From Alphaproteobacteria bacterium (lineage in GTDB: Bacteria; Pseudomonadota; Alphaproteobacteria; JABAAW01; JAHZMA01), in assembly GCA_965206365.1 (NCBI GenBank), contig CBDBJL010000016.1, positions 130,283 through 194,282 of the forward strand: 64,000 bases of DNA. The letters are read 5' to 3'. The stretch's first letter is position 1, and each line of letters starts with the position of its first letter. The position numbers and the translations under genes are program-made. This document shows, piece after piece, positions 10,377 through 22,199 of the stretch. The notes beneath the pieces were generated by a model that was given only the letters and a program-made list of their open reading frames with translations, was not told the origin of the DNA and did not search any database.

Positions 10377-12638
10377 ATGATTCATTTCCACTCAATTGGT
10401 TTAAAGAGTATTGATAGTTTGCCTATTGTTTATAAAATTCAAATCTTAACTTTATTATTTGTTATGATAAGTTCAACGGTGATGGCGGTACTTGTAGATC
10501 GGCTTACCGTTGATGCAACCTATTCCAATGTTTATACTTATCTTCAATCTATTGGCTCACAGCGCAAGCAAGCATTAGAAATAGATTTTCAATCTAATAT
10601 ACGTGCCATTAAGCTCTTAGCATCAAGCGCACCTACAAGAAATATGATGATCAATTTTGATGAAGCCTGGCTATTTGCCCAAGAAAATGATGAGCTGGAA
10701 GAGGTGATCTCACTTTATACAACTGAAAATCCAAATCCTGTGGGTCAACGCGACCTGCTTTTCCATCCCTATGATCCCTCTAGCTATAGCCAATATCATA
10801 ATGATTATCACCGGATAATGCTGAATTTTCAAGAAATTAATGGTTTTTACGATGTCTATCTTATAGATCTAAAAGGCAATATTATTTATAGCGTTGAAAA
10901 AGAAGCCGATTTTGGGCTTAATATTCATAATTCTGAAATCTTAAAAGATTCTGGAATTGCCAATGCCTTTAATGTGGCATTGAAAGCTTCTGAAAATGGT
11001 GATTCTCCTGAGGCTTCATATGCAGAATTTTCTAGCTATGCACCCAGCAATGGAGAGCCCACATCTTTTCTATCAAAATCAATTTTCAACCCAATAACCA
11101 AAAAAAATCTAGGCATTCTTGTCGTTCAGTTGCATCTTTCTAAAATTACCGATATTACCCTTAACCCCGGAGGGTTAAATGAAGAGACCGAGGTTTTACT
11201 GATTAATTCAGATTTTGTTTTTGTTGCCCCATCGCGGTTATTTGATGACCAAACAATCATTTTTCAACGCGTTTTAGACGATAGTGAAATGATTCGAAAC
11301 AATTTATTGCGCGCTTCAACGCAAACCTTACAATCAAAAGATGAAATCGATGAGGATTTTCAAGATATTTTAGAGAATTACACAGAAAAAACCATTAATC
11401 ATCTGGGTTACCCCGTTCTTAGGGTCGTTGATACAGTTTTATTTTATGATACAATTTATCCGATAATCGTAGAAAAAAGTATCAAAAGTTCCTTGGCACC
11501 ACTTCGTCATCTTGAAACCATGATGGGAATCACCACAATTGGGATCTTGATTAGCATGTTTTTCATAACCACCCTCACCTCGCACACCATTAGCAATCCA
11601 ATTGTCGCTGTTACCAATGCCATGAAAAAATTGGCCAGTGGCGATACCAACGTGCATCTTAAAAATTTGGTAAACCACAAGAATGAAGTAGGTCATATGG
11701 TGGAAGCTGTCAATGTTTTCCGTGAAAACTCAGTCAGAAACCAAACTCTGCAGGCCGAAAAAGAAACCCGTGAAAAAGTAGTAAAAGAACGATTTGAAAA
11801 ACGCGATAATTTAATCCATCTTTTTCAGGATAATATTGTTAAATTGCTTAAGAATGTCTCTGAATCTGTATCCATTATGGAACATAGCAATCATGTTGTT
11901 AACGTTGCCGTGCGTGAAACCCACAAATATTCTAGCGAAATCTCTACTGCAACGGAAAAAGCAACCGGAAATGTTCAGCTTGTGGCTGCTTCAACAGCAC
12001 AGATGGCAACATCAATTAACGAAATTAATGAAAATATGCAAGAATCACTTTCTGCATCCAACAAAGTTGCTGAAACAGTCTCTGAAACAGACGTTGTTGT
12101 TAAAAATATGTCGAGGCTTTCCAGCAGTATTGGCGATATTGTCTCCCTGATTAACGACATTGCTGGGCAAACCAACCTATTAGCACTTAATGCTACTATT
12201 GAAGCCGCACGTGCGGGTGAAAGCGGTAAGGGATTTGCCGTTGTTGCCAACGAAGTAAAGAATTTAGCAACACAAACCACGAAAGCTACTGAAGAGATCT
12301 CCCAGCAAATTACAAGTATTCAAAGTATTTCAGGGCAAGCCAATGGTGCGATCGTTGGTGTTCAAGGAGAAATCGAACTCCTTAACAATATGATGTCTGC
12401 AATTACTGCGGCTGTAGAAGAACAGTCTGTTACGACTGAAGAAATTAAACATGCGAGTACAGAAGCCTCGATAGGCACCATTGAAGCCAATAATAAGGTA
12501 GGAAAAATTGCAGAACAAGTAACTGACAGCTTGAAACAATCAGAAGATATGTCATCTTCTGTGCAGGACACAGTTACAATTCTTAAAGAATTGCACGATG
12601 AGATTCAAACATTTTTGGATAATTTGTCTAAAACCTAA
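10377..12638 (+). CDS. Methyl-accepting chemotaxis protein (periplasmic sensor + HAMP + MCP signalling domain)
   Basis: Highly conserved MCP signalling motif [31 protein letters not shown]; N-terminal TM, periplasmic region, second TM. Confidence 0.85.
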   Translation: MIHFHSIGLKSIDSLPIVYKIQILTLLFVMISSTVMAVLVDRLTVDATYSNVYTYLQSIGSQRKQALEIDFQSNIRAIKLLASSAPTRNMMINFDEAWLFAQENDELEEVISLYTTENPNPVGQRDLLFHPYDPSSYSQYHNDYHRIMLNFQEINGFYDVYLIDLKGNIIYSVEKEADFGLNIHNSEILKDSGIANAFNVALKASENGDSPEASYAEFSSYAPSNGEPTSFLSKSIFNPITKKNLGILVVQLHLSKITDITLNPGGLNEETEVLLINSDFVFVAPSRLFDDQTIIFQRVLDDSEMIRNNLLRASTQTLQSKDEIDEDFQDILENYTEKTINHLGYPVLRVVDTVLFYDTIYPIIVEKSIKSSLAPLRHLETMMGITTIGILISMFFITTLTSHTISNPIVAVTNAMKKLASGDTNVHLKNLVNHKNEVGHMVEAVNVFRENSVRNQTLQAEKETREKVVKERFEKRDNLIHLFQDNIVKLLKNVSESVSIMEHSNHVVNVAVRETHKYSSEISTATEKATGNVQLVAASTAQMATSINEINENMQESLSASNKVAETVSETDVVVKNMSRLSSSIGDIVSLINDIAGQTNLLALNATIEAARAGESGKGFAVVANEVKNLATQTTKATEEISQQITSIQSISGQANGAIVGVQGEIELLNNMMSAITAAVEEQSVTTEEIKHASTEASIGTIEANNKVGKIAEQVTDSLKQSEDMSSSVQDTVTILKELHDEIQTFLDNLSKT

Positions 12639-12839
12639 TCTAGAATCTTATCGACAACATTAAAAAAAACACTAAGCTTGCCTTCATTAGATAGGTGTTA
12701 TATATTTAACTAATTTGTGACCATGCTTAAATGTTGACGCGAAGTTTGTTTGTATTATTAATGAAGTGATTCTTTATATAGAAGTGGTATCCATTATTGC
12801 TTATGTTATTAAATAGTGATTGTATTTTAAGGAAAAACT

Positions 12840-15131
12840 ATGAAATCTAAGATGAAATTCTTAAAGTTGGATATTATTCGTAATTGGCCGGTAAACGTTA
12901 AAATTCAAAGTTTAACGATGTTGTTTGTTATTCTTACATCAATCATCATGGCACTTCTTGTTGATATTCGTACCACGAACGATGTAACACAAACCGCTAC
13001 GTATAATTTGCTAACCACAATTAAGGAACGCAATAAGATCTTAGACCTCTATATCGAGGGAAAAGTAAGCAATTTAGTCCTTATGGCCTTGAATGAAGCA
13101 ACGCTTAAAGCTTCTAGAAATTTTACTCAGGAATGGAATTTTGCGAAAGAAGATAATAATATCGAAGATATTATCTCACTTTACACCACTAATAACCCTA
13201 ATCCTGCAAATGAACGTGAACTGCTCATAGCCCCCGATGATAATCTCTCTTATGGTTACCATAATGAGCATAAAACTTATCACCCTGGTTTTGTAACATT
13301 ACAACAAATTGATGAATTAAATGATATTCTTGTGCTCAATCTTGAAGGTGACGTTGTCTACAGCGTTAAAAAGAAAGCAGATTTTGGGCAAAATGTCGTT
13401 GAAGGCGAACTTGCAAATACCGGACTTGGTAAAGTTTTTGCCGATGCTGTAACAATTGCCACCTCTGCAAATGAGGCAACTAGTTATGAAGAATTAATTA
13501 GCTATGAAGAATTATCGCTCTATGCTCCGGCTGATAATCAACCCGTATTTTTTCTGGCAACGACAATATATGATCCGGAAAATCACCAACCCCTTGGTGT
13601 TATTGTGATCAAAATTAATAATGATGCTCTCAGCGAAATTACCTCAGACACTAAAAATGCTCATACGAAAATAGAATCCTTTTTGGTGAATGGGAATTTA
13701 GAATTTATAACCCCATCGCGATTTCTTAGTAACGATATTGTCTTAAAACGTCGTTTGGAGGGTCGTGATTTAATTAAAAAACATTTCTCGTCGCTCCTGA
13801 ATCCTGCTTCCGAACACTCGGAAGCAGATTCCTTAAATTTCGAAGAAGGTCATGACGATAATGATAACATTTTTATTGAGCAGACCATTAACCATCTTGG
13901 TTATCCGGTGCTAAGTGCAGTGAACGTATTTTTGATTAACAGCTCCCCCTATGCGCTGATTGTTGAAAATAGTGTTGAAAGTATTTTGGTACCAGTTCGT
14001 CGCCTTGAAGCCATGATGGGATTTGCCGCGTGTGGAATTCTGATTGTAATGTTCTTTTTAACGTTGATCACCTCACGTACAATTAGTAGCCCAATTATCG
14101 CAGTTACCAATGCAATGAAAAATTTAGCCGGTGGCGATACAAGCATTACTCTCAATCATTTAAAGCAAGAAAATGAAATTGGCGATATGGTTGAAGCGGT
14201 AGGTATTTTTCGCGATAATATGATTAAAAGTCAAACCCTGCAAACTGAAAAAGATCAACATGATGACGCAGAGAAACAGCGATTTGTAAAACGCGACAAA
14301 TTAACCCAAAACTTCCGTAACAATGTTGTTGATTTGCTAGAACAAGTCTCTGGTGCCATGTATAACATGGAAGAGGCCAATAAAATTGTTACCACTGCTG
14401 TGCGGCAAACCCACGAATATTCTAACGATATTTCTAGTGCAACCGAAAAAGCGACACAAAATGTTCAGCTTGTCGCCTCTTCAACATCACAAATGGCAAC
14501 ATCGATTAACGAGATTAATGAAAATATGCAAGCCTCGCTTTCCGCGGCCAATAAAGCCGCAGAAACAGTTGCTGAAACAGATGTCGTAGTCAAAAACATG
14601 TCAGAACTTTCAACCAATGTTGGTGATATTGTCTCGTTAATTAACGATATTGCCGGACAAACTAACCTCTTAGCACTCAATGCTACCATCGAGGCTGCAC
14701 GCGCGGGGGAAAGCGGTAAAGGCTTTGCCGTTGTTGCCAATGAAGTGAAAAATCTAGCCACACAAACCACCAAAGCTACCGAGGATATCTCCAAGCAAAT
14801 TACGAATATTCAGGGTATTTCTATGCAAGCGACAACTGCCATTGTCAGTATCCAAGAAGAAATTCAGCTTGTGAACGACATGATTAGTACGATCACAACC
14901 GCAATGGAAGAACAAGCCGTTACCACCCAAGAAATTAACAAAGCCAGTACCGAGGCATCGATAGGCACTATGGAAGCCAATAATAAAGTCGCAAAAGTTG
15001 CAGAGCGAGCTACTGATACCTTACATCAATCCGAGGATATGTCATCTTCAGTACAAAATACTGGTCAAATTTTGGACAAATTACGCGGTGAAGTACGAAC
15101 ATTTTTAGATAATTTATCGACTGATACGTAA
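12840..15131 (+). CDS. Methyl-accepting chemotaxis protein, tandem paralogue of the upstream MCP
   Basis: Same architecture and near-identical signalling domain; divergent sensor domain. Confidence 0.85.
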   Translation: MKSKMKFLKLDIIRNWPVNVKIQSLTMLFVILTSIIMALLVDIRTTNDVTQTATYNLLTTIKERNKILDLYIEGKVSNLVLMALNEATLKASRNFTQEWNFAKEDNNIEDIISLYTTNNPNPANERELLIAPDDNLSYGYHNEHKTYHPGFVTLQQIDELNDILVLNLEGDVVYSVKKKADFGQNVVEGELANTGLGKVFADAVTIATSANEATSYEELISYEELSLYAPADNQPVFFLATTIYDPENHQPLGVIVIKINNDALSEITSDTKNAHTKIESFLVNGNLEFITPSRFLSNDIVLKRRLEGRDLIKKHFSSLLNPASEHSEADSLNFEEGHDDNDNIFIEQTINHLGYPVLSAVNVFLINSSPYALIVENSVESILVPVRRLEAMMGFAACGILIVMFFLTLITSRTISSPIIAVTNAMKNLAGGDTSITLNHLKQENEIGDMVEAVGIFRDNMIKSQTLQTEKDQHDDAEKQRFVKRDKLTQNFRNNVVDLLEQVSGAMYNMEEANKIVTTAVRQTHEYSNDISSATEKATQNVQLVASSTSQMATSINEINENMQASLSAANKAAETVAETDVVVKNMSELSTNVGDIVSLINDIAGQTNLLALNATIEAARAGESGKGFAVVANEVKNLATQTTKATEDISKQITNIQGISMQATTAIVSIQEEIQLVNDMISTITTAMEEQAVTTQEINKASTEASIGTMEANNKVAKVAERATDTLHQSEDMSSSVQNTGQILDKLRGEVRTFLDNLSTDT

Positions 15132-15766
15132 TCTATCAAAATCTAAAATCATTACGCAACTACAAAGCAGCCAGAATTGATGGTTAAATTATTTGCCATT
15201 TTATTTCTTCTTCAAAGCGGGCTTGTGCGTTCAATCAACAAAATATCAATAAAGTCACCCTTTTTTGAGCTTTCCCTTTAAGAAAATTTTTATCGTTCAT
15301 GGCCATGATCCATGACAGCGGGTGATTATGGTTATTCTAAAGCTGAAGGCGCAGAAAAAGTTAGTGCCAGAATTTTATCTTGGAAATAGGGATGATATGG
15401 CATCTTTTGGTCGTGAAAAAATGGTAATTTAAAAAGGAACATGAAAGGTGCCGTCTGACACAGAGGGTATTTCCGTAGAAGGCAGCTTGAGTTTGTAATA
15501 ACCAAAGCAAGAATGCTTAATAAAATTTTAGGAGCCGAAAGAAAACCCAAATTCTGTTGCTAAGGTAAGGCTCTGCAAAAAATAATGGTGGCAAGTATTT
15601 TTTCAAGTTATTTCCCTAGAATCTTATTATTAAGTATGGTGAAATTTATTACTAGTTTGAAGATTAGTTTTTATTAAACAGTCATGTATATGAAAAATAA
15701 TTTTTTTTTACCATACCATTCGTACTTGATAATCTACAATGATCATTGAAGTTTCTTTTGTTCCTG

Positions 15767-15943
15767 CTAATTCATTCGCTGTTTCAAGCATACGTTATGA
15801 TAGCTAGTATAAATTCCCTCAAAGTCCCTTTTAATGTTTTCGTATTTATGCTTTTCTAAGCATTCTTCTGCCTGCGCAGAATTTACGATACGCAAGCTGA
15901 AGATAAAGCCGGCGCCGATAAGTGTTTTGACAGATTTATTCAT
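15767..15943 (-). CDS. Small secreted Cys-containing peptide (Sec signal ...IVNSAQA|EECLEK...)
   Basis: 58-aa ORF starting MNKSVKTLIGAGFIFSLRIVNSAQA with AxA cleavage site, mature ~33 aa with 2 Cys; partial nucleotide copy at 30131-30185. Confidence 0.35.
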   Translation of the reverse strand: MNKSVKTLIGAGFIFSLRIVNSAQAEECLEKHKYENIKRDFEGIYTSYHNVCLKQRMN

Positions 15944-16061
15944 TGTTGTCTCCTCAATGAAATAGTGAAAAATTAGAAATTTTTCTATAGCGAAAAACAT
16001 GCTAAAAGATGGCTAATGATCGTCAGAAATATTTAGAATATCAATTTGGGAATAATCTAAA

Positions 16062-16208
16062 TAATTTTGTAGAATTCCATATATTTTTGCCTCCATATAT
16101 CCGGCGTTAGCCTCTTTCGCATTTCTAAATTTTCCGCGACGCCCTCGAATGCCTTAACTGCATTGTCTAAATCTCTTCGATTAATATCTGCAAAAGTAGA
16201 TTGCATAT
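16062..16208 (-). CDS. Small hypothetical protein (49 aa, MQSTFADINRRDLDNAVKAFEGVAENLEMRKRL...)
   Basis: Short ORF below the ORF-track cutoff; coding-like but unsupported by homology. Confidence 0.2.
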
Positions 16209-16277
16209 AATTTTCGTCTTATCGTTTCATAAGGATAAATCGCACTGCACCTTTTATCGAAAAATTATCAAGAACGA

Positions 16278-16580
16278 ATGATTTTTCTATTGCGCAAAAC
16301 GGTGCCAAGGCTTCTCGCAATATTAATCATAGTGCCAAAATTGCGAAAACATTTCCATCACATAAATATTCCTGATGCGCTTATAGTGGCAGATGGTGAC
16401 CAATGGGATTTGCTACAAAGTGATTTGGCGAATAATATAGGATACAAAATTTCAGCATATCAGGAGGTGATGAAAAAAGATTTCAGAAATTCAGCGGCCG
16501 CTTCAAGCGGAGGAGCTGGGTGACGATACTATTGCGATATTTAGGTTCGGAGATTTCACCGGTTGGATTATTAAAAAAAA
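16278..16580 (+). pseudogene. 3' remnant of a class I SAM-methyltransferase gene, paralogue of 59038-59619, frameshifted
   Basis: 16500-16580 translates to EELGDDTIAIFRFGDFTGWIIKKNSN* versus EELGDDIIEVFRFGDFTGWIIEKNSN* at the C-terminus of the 59038-59619 protein; upstream segment (KISAYQEVMKKD) matches in another frame. Confidence 0.55.
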
Positions 16581-16767
16581 CTCAAACTAAATCATTTGAT
16601 ATAATAGTTTAAAAATTTATTCTAAAACTGAAAAAACTTAAACCATGTTTCGAATAAGAGCAAACCATGTTTCTTGCATTTCCCGTCACATAGGAAAATT
16701 TTAAGAAAACCCTGGAAGAAAACCCTGGGCTGGAAATGCTAAGGGCGCATCATCTGCCCGACATTTT

Positions 16768-17070
16768 TTGGCCTCCAGTAATTTTGTCTCCCCCCAAAGC
16801 TACACCAAAAATAACTTAAACGCTCCCGTGGATGATCGTGAGACCAAAACCTTGGCACGCCCACCGCAAAATCCTGGAGGCACGTATGTAAGAGATCTTG
16901 ACGGCGCATCGCCTTTGGTCTTAAAGGACCGATTTAAATTGGGCGCAAGCTCGGCAGTATTTTCCAAGGGACGGCCTTACCCAATATCGACTTTCATGAA
17001 CCCGCGGTCTGCTAAGTTTTTCGCTATAGCAGCAGGCACAATCGGCGACCTAAGTAACGAAGAATGGTAG
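16768..17070 (+). CDS. Hypothetical protein
   Basis: 100-aa ORF in a gene-poor patch; no motif. Confidence 0.2.
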   Translation: MASSNFVSPQSYTKNNLNAPVDDRETKTLARPPQNPGGTYVRDLDGASPLVLKDRFKLGASSAVFSKGRPYPISTFMNPRSAKFFAIAAGTIGDLSNEEW

Positions 17071-17342
17071 ACAAGTTAAACAGAGGGAAATTTTTGCAAA
17101 AATGTGCGTGGCAATCTCACCCGTAAGCGCAGTTATCACAACTCAAACAATCGCTATTTGAACCAGCGGATTAAAATCGGGTGGTGGTTCAGCAAGGGTT
17201 GCCACGAAAGAATTTGATAATAAGAGCTTTTTGCGAAAAAAATGGGCAATATGTTTTATTTTTTAGAGGATAAGGATTAAAATATTTATTCTCTGATAAT
17301 AAATTTATACCTTAGACTAGGAAATTTTATTGGCGCGCATGA

Positions 17343-18506
17343 TTATTTATTCTGTAATTTACGCGCTAGCTTTTCTAGCATATTCAACGATGATTGCAAT
17401 TGCCCGAGCGAGATAAATTCATCAGCCTTATGGGCTTGTTCTATAGAACCTGGACCGCAAACAACCACATCCATGCCCATCGATTGAAACAGCCCCGCCT
17501 CGGTACCAAACGCCACAAGCTCTCGATTGTTCTTACCGGTTAATTCAGCCACGAGCTCTATGGCTTTGTTATTTTCAACCGGTATCAGCCCTTCTACCTC
17601 GCCCACAATATGAGTGATAATGTTTGACTCGCCATAAATTTTTTGCATCTTAGGCAAAAGATGCTGGTGACAATATTTATGCATTTCACCTTTCACAAAA
17701 GCCGCATCTGTATCTTGTACGGGGCGCAGATCCCAAGCTACTTGGCAAGAAGCAGCAATCACATTAGAGGCAATGCCACCATGAATAGAACCGATATTAA
17801 GCGTGGTGAAAGGCGGGATAAATTTCCCATTTTGTGGCGATCGGTCAGCAAGCTCTGTGCGTAATGATTTAAGGTAGGCAACATAATCAACAGCATATTC
17901 TACGGCATTAACCCCAAGTTCGGGGCGCGAACCATGCCCCGGTAGGCCTTGAAATTCGGTTACATATTCATAGCAACCCTTATGGCCTTCAATCATCACC
18001 ATCTCGGTTGGCTCACCAATAATCGCCATCGCTGGGCGAATTTTTTTTTCGACCAGAATTTTAATTAACTCTTGGGCACCAAGGCAGCCCGTCTCTTCAT
18101 CATGGGTGAAGCTGAAATGCAGAGGTCGCGATAAAGGCGCTGAAGTAAATTGGGGGCATAAAGCCAAACAAGTGGCAATAAAGCCTTTCATATCGCAACT
18201 ACCGCGACCATATAATTTCGCATCGATTGCCACCATTTTGAAAGGATCATTGAACCAATTCTGCCCCTCTACAGGGACAACATCACTATGGCCCGATAAA
18301 ACAATACCGCCTTCGCTCATGGGCCCGATTGTGGCAAATAAATTGGCTTTGTTTTGGCTTTTATCGTAAAAAATTGCAACAGAGATGCCAAAACTATCAA
18401 GATAATTCGCAATATATTCTATAATATCTAAATTGCTTTGCGCGGAAATGCTCGGGAATGCAATTAAGTCGCGTAAAATATTTTGAGTTTTTTCTAGTAA
18501 AGTCAT
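17343..18506 (-). CDS. M20-family metallopeptidase/deacylase (ArgE/DapE family)
   Basis: SGHSDVVPV, HDEETG and EGHKG metal-binding motifs. Confidence 0.75.
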   Translation of the reverse strand: MTLLEKTQNILRDLIAFPSISAQSNLDIIEYIANYLDSFGISVAIFYDKSQNKANLFATIGPMSEGGIVLSGHSDVVPVEGQNWFNDPFKMVAIDAKLYGRGSCDMKGFIATCLALCPQFTSAPLSRPLHFSFTHDEETGCLGAQELIKILVEKKIRPAMAIIGEPTEMVMIEGHKGCYEYVTEFQGLPGHGSRPELGVNAVEYAVDYVAYLKSLRTELADRSPQNGKFIPPFTTLNIGSIHGGIASNVIAASCQVAWDLRPVQDTDAAFVKGEMHKYCHQHLLPKMQKIYGESNIITHIVGEVEGLIPVENNKAIELVAELTGKNNRELVAFGTEAGLFQSMGMDVVVCGPGSIEQAHKADEFISLGQLQSSLNMLEKLARKLQNK

Positions 18507-18650
18507 GCGAGCAATTTTTCCCCAAATAGCTTTTTCGTATCGCGCAAAATAACTAACTTTTGCTCCTGCTTACCTTCAGCCCAAAAAACAACTCTGCCCA
18601 AAAACGACTCTGTAAAGAGTTGAGAAAAATGAAATCTACAACATTTAGCT

Positions 18651-19400
18651 TTAATATGAAAATAATTTTCCAAATTTTTGGGGTTGATAATTATAATTTG
18701 CCAATCTCATATTGTGCCATATTAACACTTGATTGCTTGAGAACATATGTTTATTCGTTATTTTTTCAATTTCATCAATCACACGAAAACTATGTAAATT
18801 TGTACAGGATGCAAAATATGCTTCTATCTTATCGCCATGTTCCTTATCCATATCCAAAATTGCCACCTTTACCGATTGCTCGCTAATCGAAGCAACAACA
18901 TGATCATCGGATTGTTCAAAGGATGAAAATGCTTTAACCGTGATCTTATTTTGGTTTAGCAAAGCAATCATCGATTGCGAGACTTCTGCAATATAAGGCG
19001 TTAACAGGCCAATATTTTTTATATTCAGAAGCTTAAGAGCCACGATCAAAGCGGTAATAGGGTTGGTAACCGGCATATTAGGATGGGGTTTTTGGACAAG
19101 CGCGGCAACATTTTCCTCACCAATAATGGTGGCCCCCGAGGTGCAACCATAGGCGATAGATTTTACGCCTAACGACGGTGATAATAAAGCAGCACTATGG
19201 CTAATATTTTGTTCCATAAGGGCAAGAGTTTCTTTTGTAACTTTTTTTTCATTCGCAATGCGTGAAATATGATATTCAATATTGGCTTGCGGCAAAATTT
19301 TTATAATATCACTTTCCAAAGTTAGATCTGTTTGCAAAATAATAAAACCAAGAGGGTTTCTATTCGCAAAATCAGGAATAGTTTCAAAAGCTACCTTCAT
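18651..19400 (-). CDS. Asp/Glu/hydantoin racemase-family protein (arylmalonate decarboxylase / maleate isomerase-like)
   Basis: Size, N-terminal GxIxLxTD-like motif and paired Cys/Thr-containing segments typical of the family. Confidence 0.45.
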   Translation of the reverse strand: MKVAFETIPDFANRNPLGFIILQTDLTLESDIIKILPQANIEYHISRIANEKKVTKETLALMEQNISHSAALLSPSLGVKSIAYGCTSGATIIGEENVAALVQKPHPNMPVTNPITALIVALKLLNIKNIGLLTPYIAEVSQSMIALLNQNKITVKAFSSFEQSDDHVVASISEQSVKVAILDMDKEHGDKIEAYFASCTNLHSFRVIDEIEKITNKHMFSSNQVLIWHNMRLANYNYQPQKFGKLFSY

Positions 19401-19412
19401 TTTTTCAATCCT

Positions 19413-20540
19413 TTATAATATCGGCAATGTATCATTAGCCCGTTTGGATAAATATTCTGCACCATTTTTCGTAATAACAATATTTTCTTCTGCAACCATA
19501 ATTTTACCATTCATGATTTCGATACTCGGCTCTAAAGTTAATACCATATTTTCTTCAATGATGGTTTCATCAAGTGGCGAGAAAGATGGAAATTCGGTTA
19601 ATTGCATACCCAACCCATGGCCAAACCGACCAACTTGACCCGCATCACCTTTAATAATTGCATTCATGGCAACAAAAACTTCTGCCATAGAAGCACCAGG
19701 TTTTGCAGCATGAAACCCAACATCTGTTGCTTGATATAAAATATCATAGGCATTTTTGGCTTCATCAATGGCCGAGCTAAAGGCAAAATTTCGATCAAAA
19801 TCACAATAATAGCCTTTGAGAGTTGAGCCCGTATCTAGCAACAAAATATCTTTTTCGGCAATTTTTTGCGCACAAGGTGGGGCAATAATATTATCATGGC
19901 CTTCTGGGTCAGCACCACCAACAAGATATTCTACATTATCCGCGCCTTCTTGTAAAAGTGCAATGCGAAATTTGCGAAAAACTTCCTCTAAGCTTTGCCC
20001 TTGATGGAAAAGTTCAGGTGCCCGAGCAAAGGCTCTACTCGCAATTTCACAAATATCTCGGATAATCGCAATTTCTGCTGCCGATTTCACCACTCTTAAT
20101 TTTTGGATGATCGGAGTGCAATCTATAAATTTTTTCGATAATTTTTTTATCAATAGCTGATATTTAACCATTGACATGGTTAAGCAAGTTTCTTCGCCCA
20201 TTGGCATTCCAATATTTTTATAATGAGATAATGCCTCAATTAACAAGGGAAGTTCCGGCATAGATAGATCTGGAGAGGCAAAAATACGAATATCATCAAC
20301 CCAACTTTTTTGCATAAGATTCTCGCCAATCGATGGAATAATAGCAATTGGTTTGCCGCCTTTCGGAACAATCAAATACCACGGCCTTGTCGGGCTTTTC
20401 CAAAATAAAGTGCGAAAGCCAGTAAAATACATGATTTCAGCTTCGCTGGTAAAAAACATGGCATCCATATCTTGTTGATCCATAAGGCTTTGAGCCTTGC
20501 AAAGACGTTTCTCATATTCCTCAGGTAAAAAATCTAGCAT
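19413..20540 (-). CDS. M24-family peptidase/hydrolase (Xaa-Pro aminopeptidase / creatinase / ectoine-hydrolase-like)
   Basis: Creatinase N-domain plus pita-bread motifs (DxGxxxxGYxxDxxR, HGxGxxxxE). Confidence 0.7.
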   Translation of the reverse strand: MLDFLPEEYEKRLCKAQSLMDQQDMDAMFFTSEAEIMYFTGFRTLFWKSPTRPWYLIVPKGGKPIAIIPSIGENLMQKSWVDDIRIFASPDLSMPELPLLIEALSHYKNIGMPMGEETCLTMSMVKYQLLIKKLSKKFIDCTPIIQKLRVVKSAAEIAIIRDICEIASRAFARAPELFHQGQSLEEVFRKFRIALLQEGADNVEYLVGGADPEGHDNIIAPPCAQKIAEKDILLLDTGSTLKGYYCDFDRNFAFSSAIDEAKNAYDILYQATDVGFHAAKPGASMAEVFVAMNAIIKGDAGQVGRFGHGLGMQLTEFPSFSPLDETIIEENMVLTLEPSIEIMNGKIMVAEENIVITKNGAEYLSKRANDTLPIL

Positions 20541-20543
20541 GGT

Positions 20544-21644
20544 TTATGCAGCTTCAGAGATAATCGATAAAATACGAGATTGGGCATTTAACTCTACTTT
20601 TCTTTCTATGGAAGCATAGTGGAATCCTGCAAAGCCAGCACCACCAGATGGGCTAGTGCTAAGGTTGCAAAAATCTAAATATTTGATGGCCTCTGCGCAT
20701 TCATCATCACTGATTGTCATAAAATAATCCGCATCCTCTGCCAAAGCTTGCAGAGCTAAATCAGAGGGCTCTTTGCAATCTAATCTGCCCATATTAGAGA
20801 TTTGATTGCCGACAGAAGTTTTCTTGCCCGCAAGAATGCTTGCTTGCAAACAAGGCGCAAAATCAGCCTCAACAATAATTATGATCATATCATCAGACCA
20901 AATTTTACGAAAATATTTCGCCATAGCAGAGGCAAGCCCGCCAACACCCGCTTGCAGGAAAACATGACTAGGTTCTTCGATCTGGCGGGTAATTTCATCG
21001 GCCAATGCCAAATAGCCTTCCATGATCATCTTACCACCATCATAGCCTTTCCATGAAGAATCAGATAGTAAAAACCAATTATTGTCATCGGCAGCTTGTT
21101 TTGCTCCTGCCAGCGAAGCTTCGTAATCATCGCCTTCGATCACCACAGTTGCGCCGTACTCTTCTAGCCTGGTTGCAAATGATTCAGGAACATTTCTTGA
21201 GAGATAAATTACAGCCTTGGCACCAAAAATTTTGGCACCCGCCGCGATTGAAAGCCCATGATTGCCTGCACTCGAGCAAATATAAGTTTCACCTTTTAAT
21301 ATTGTAGATAAATGTTCTTGATCCTTAATTGCATCACCAGCCCTTTCATAAGCATGGCGGGCAATAACATAGGCTGCACCTAAAGCCTTAAAACTGCCAA
21401 GCCGCATACGCGAACGCTCGTCCTTAAAGTATAAATTTTTAACATTGTAAGATTCTGCCAGTGTTTTTTGCTCACAAAGCGACGTTGGTTGAGCAATAGG
21501 GCAAAGGTTTAGCAGATAATTGACCAAAGTTGGGTCAGTAGATAAAACCCCATTCTCGCAATCATGATCAACTGGAAATGATTTTCCTCTGTAAGGGTTT
21601 GATATTATATTAATTGCAATATCTCCGATATTCATTACTACCAA
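20544..21644 (-). CDS. PLP-dependent fold-type-II enzyme, diaminopropionate ammonia-lyase / threonine-dehydratase-like
   Basis: KDERSRMRLGSFKALGAAY (PLP-lysine motif) and SAGNHG glycine loop. Confidence 0.6.
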   Translation of the reverse strand: MVVMNIGDIAINIISNPYRGKSFPVDHDCENGVLSTDPTLVNYLLNLCPIAQPTSLCEQKTLAESYNVKNLYFKDERSRMRLGSFKALGAAYVIARHAYERAGDAIKDQEHLSTILKGETYICSSAGNHGLSIAAGAKIFGAKAVIYLSRNVPESFATRLEEYGATVVIEGDDYEASLAGAKQAADDNNWFLLSDSSWKGYDGGKMIMEGYLALADEITRQIEEPSHVFLQAGVGGLASAMAKYFRKIWSDDMIIIIVEADFAPCLQASILAGKKTSVGNQISNMGRLDCKEPSDLALQALAEDADYFMTISDDECAEAIKYLDFCNLSTSPSGGAGFAGFHYASIERKVELNAQSRILSIISEAA

Positions 21645-22199
21645 AACAAGTGATTATATGATATTGTAATTTTAATTGCAATTGATTTCAATTCAATAAT
21701 GCATATATTATTCAACAATATCGCTTAATTCGCCCGTGGTTTTTGGGCTCCTAATTCTAGTATCAATCCAGAAATTTTGAAAAAAATAGTTGCTTATGAT
21801 GCAACTATGCCTTTAAAAACTTTATTCCGCGAGCAGCTACTGAAAGAATGTGGGTTTGTATCTATTGCAATTGATAAATTATGCCCCCGATGAGCCATGA
21901 GCGAGCTTTAAAATATTTTCCGTTGCCAATTCCCAAAAAACATTCCAGAAACCAAACCAAACCAAAATATTCTGGGTAAAAGGGAATATTTTTGATAATA
22001 TTCAAGTAATATTTGTGCCAGAATTGCCGTATTTCTGGTGGCAATTCATCTTTCGGGCGTAAATAATTTCCTATTGGCAAGATTGCCCCCCTAATATAAT
22101 CCGAGCATTGGATTTAGTCTAAGCAAATCGATCCCGTAAAATCATGGCAAAAATTATCGTGAAACAACAACGAAAACAAAGCTAAGCATAGAAAAGATT

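Noticed and set aside
21862-22080. 72-aa minus-strand ORF upstream of the tracr region
   Set aside because: No RBS or motif support; it lies in an AT-rich intergenic region and could be real but is unsupported.
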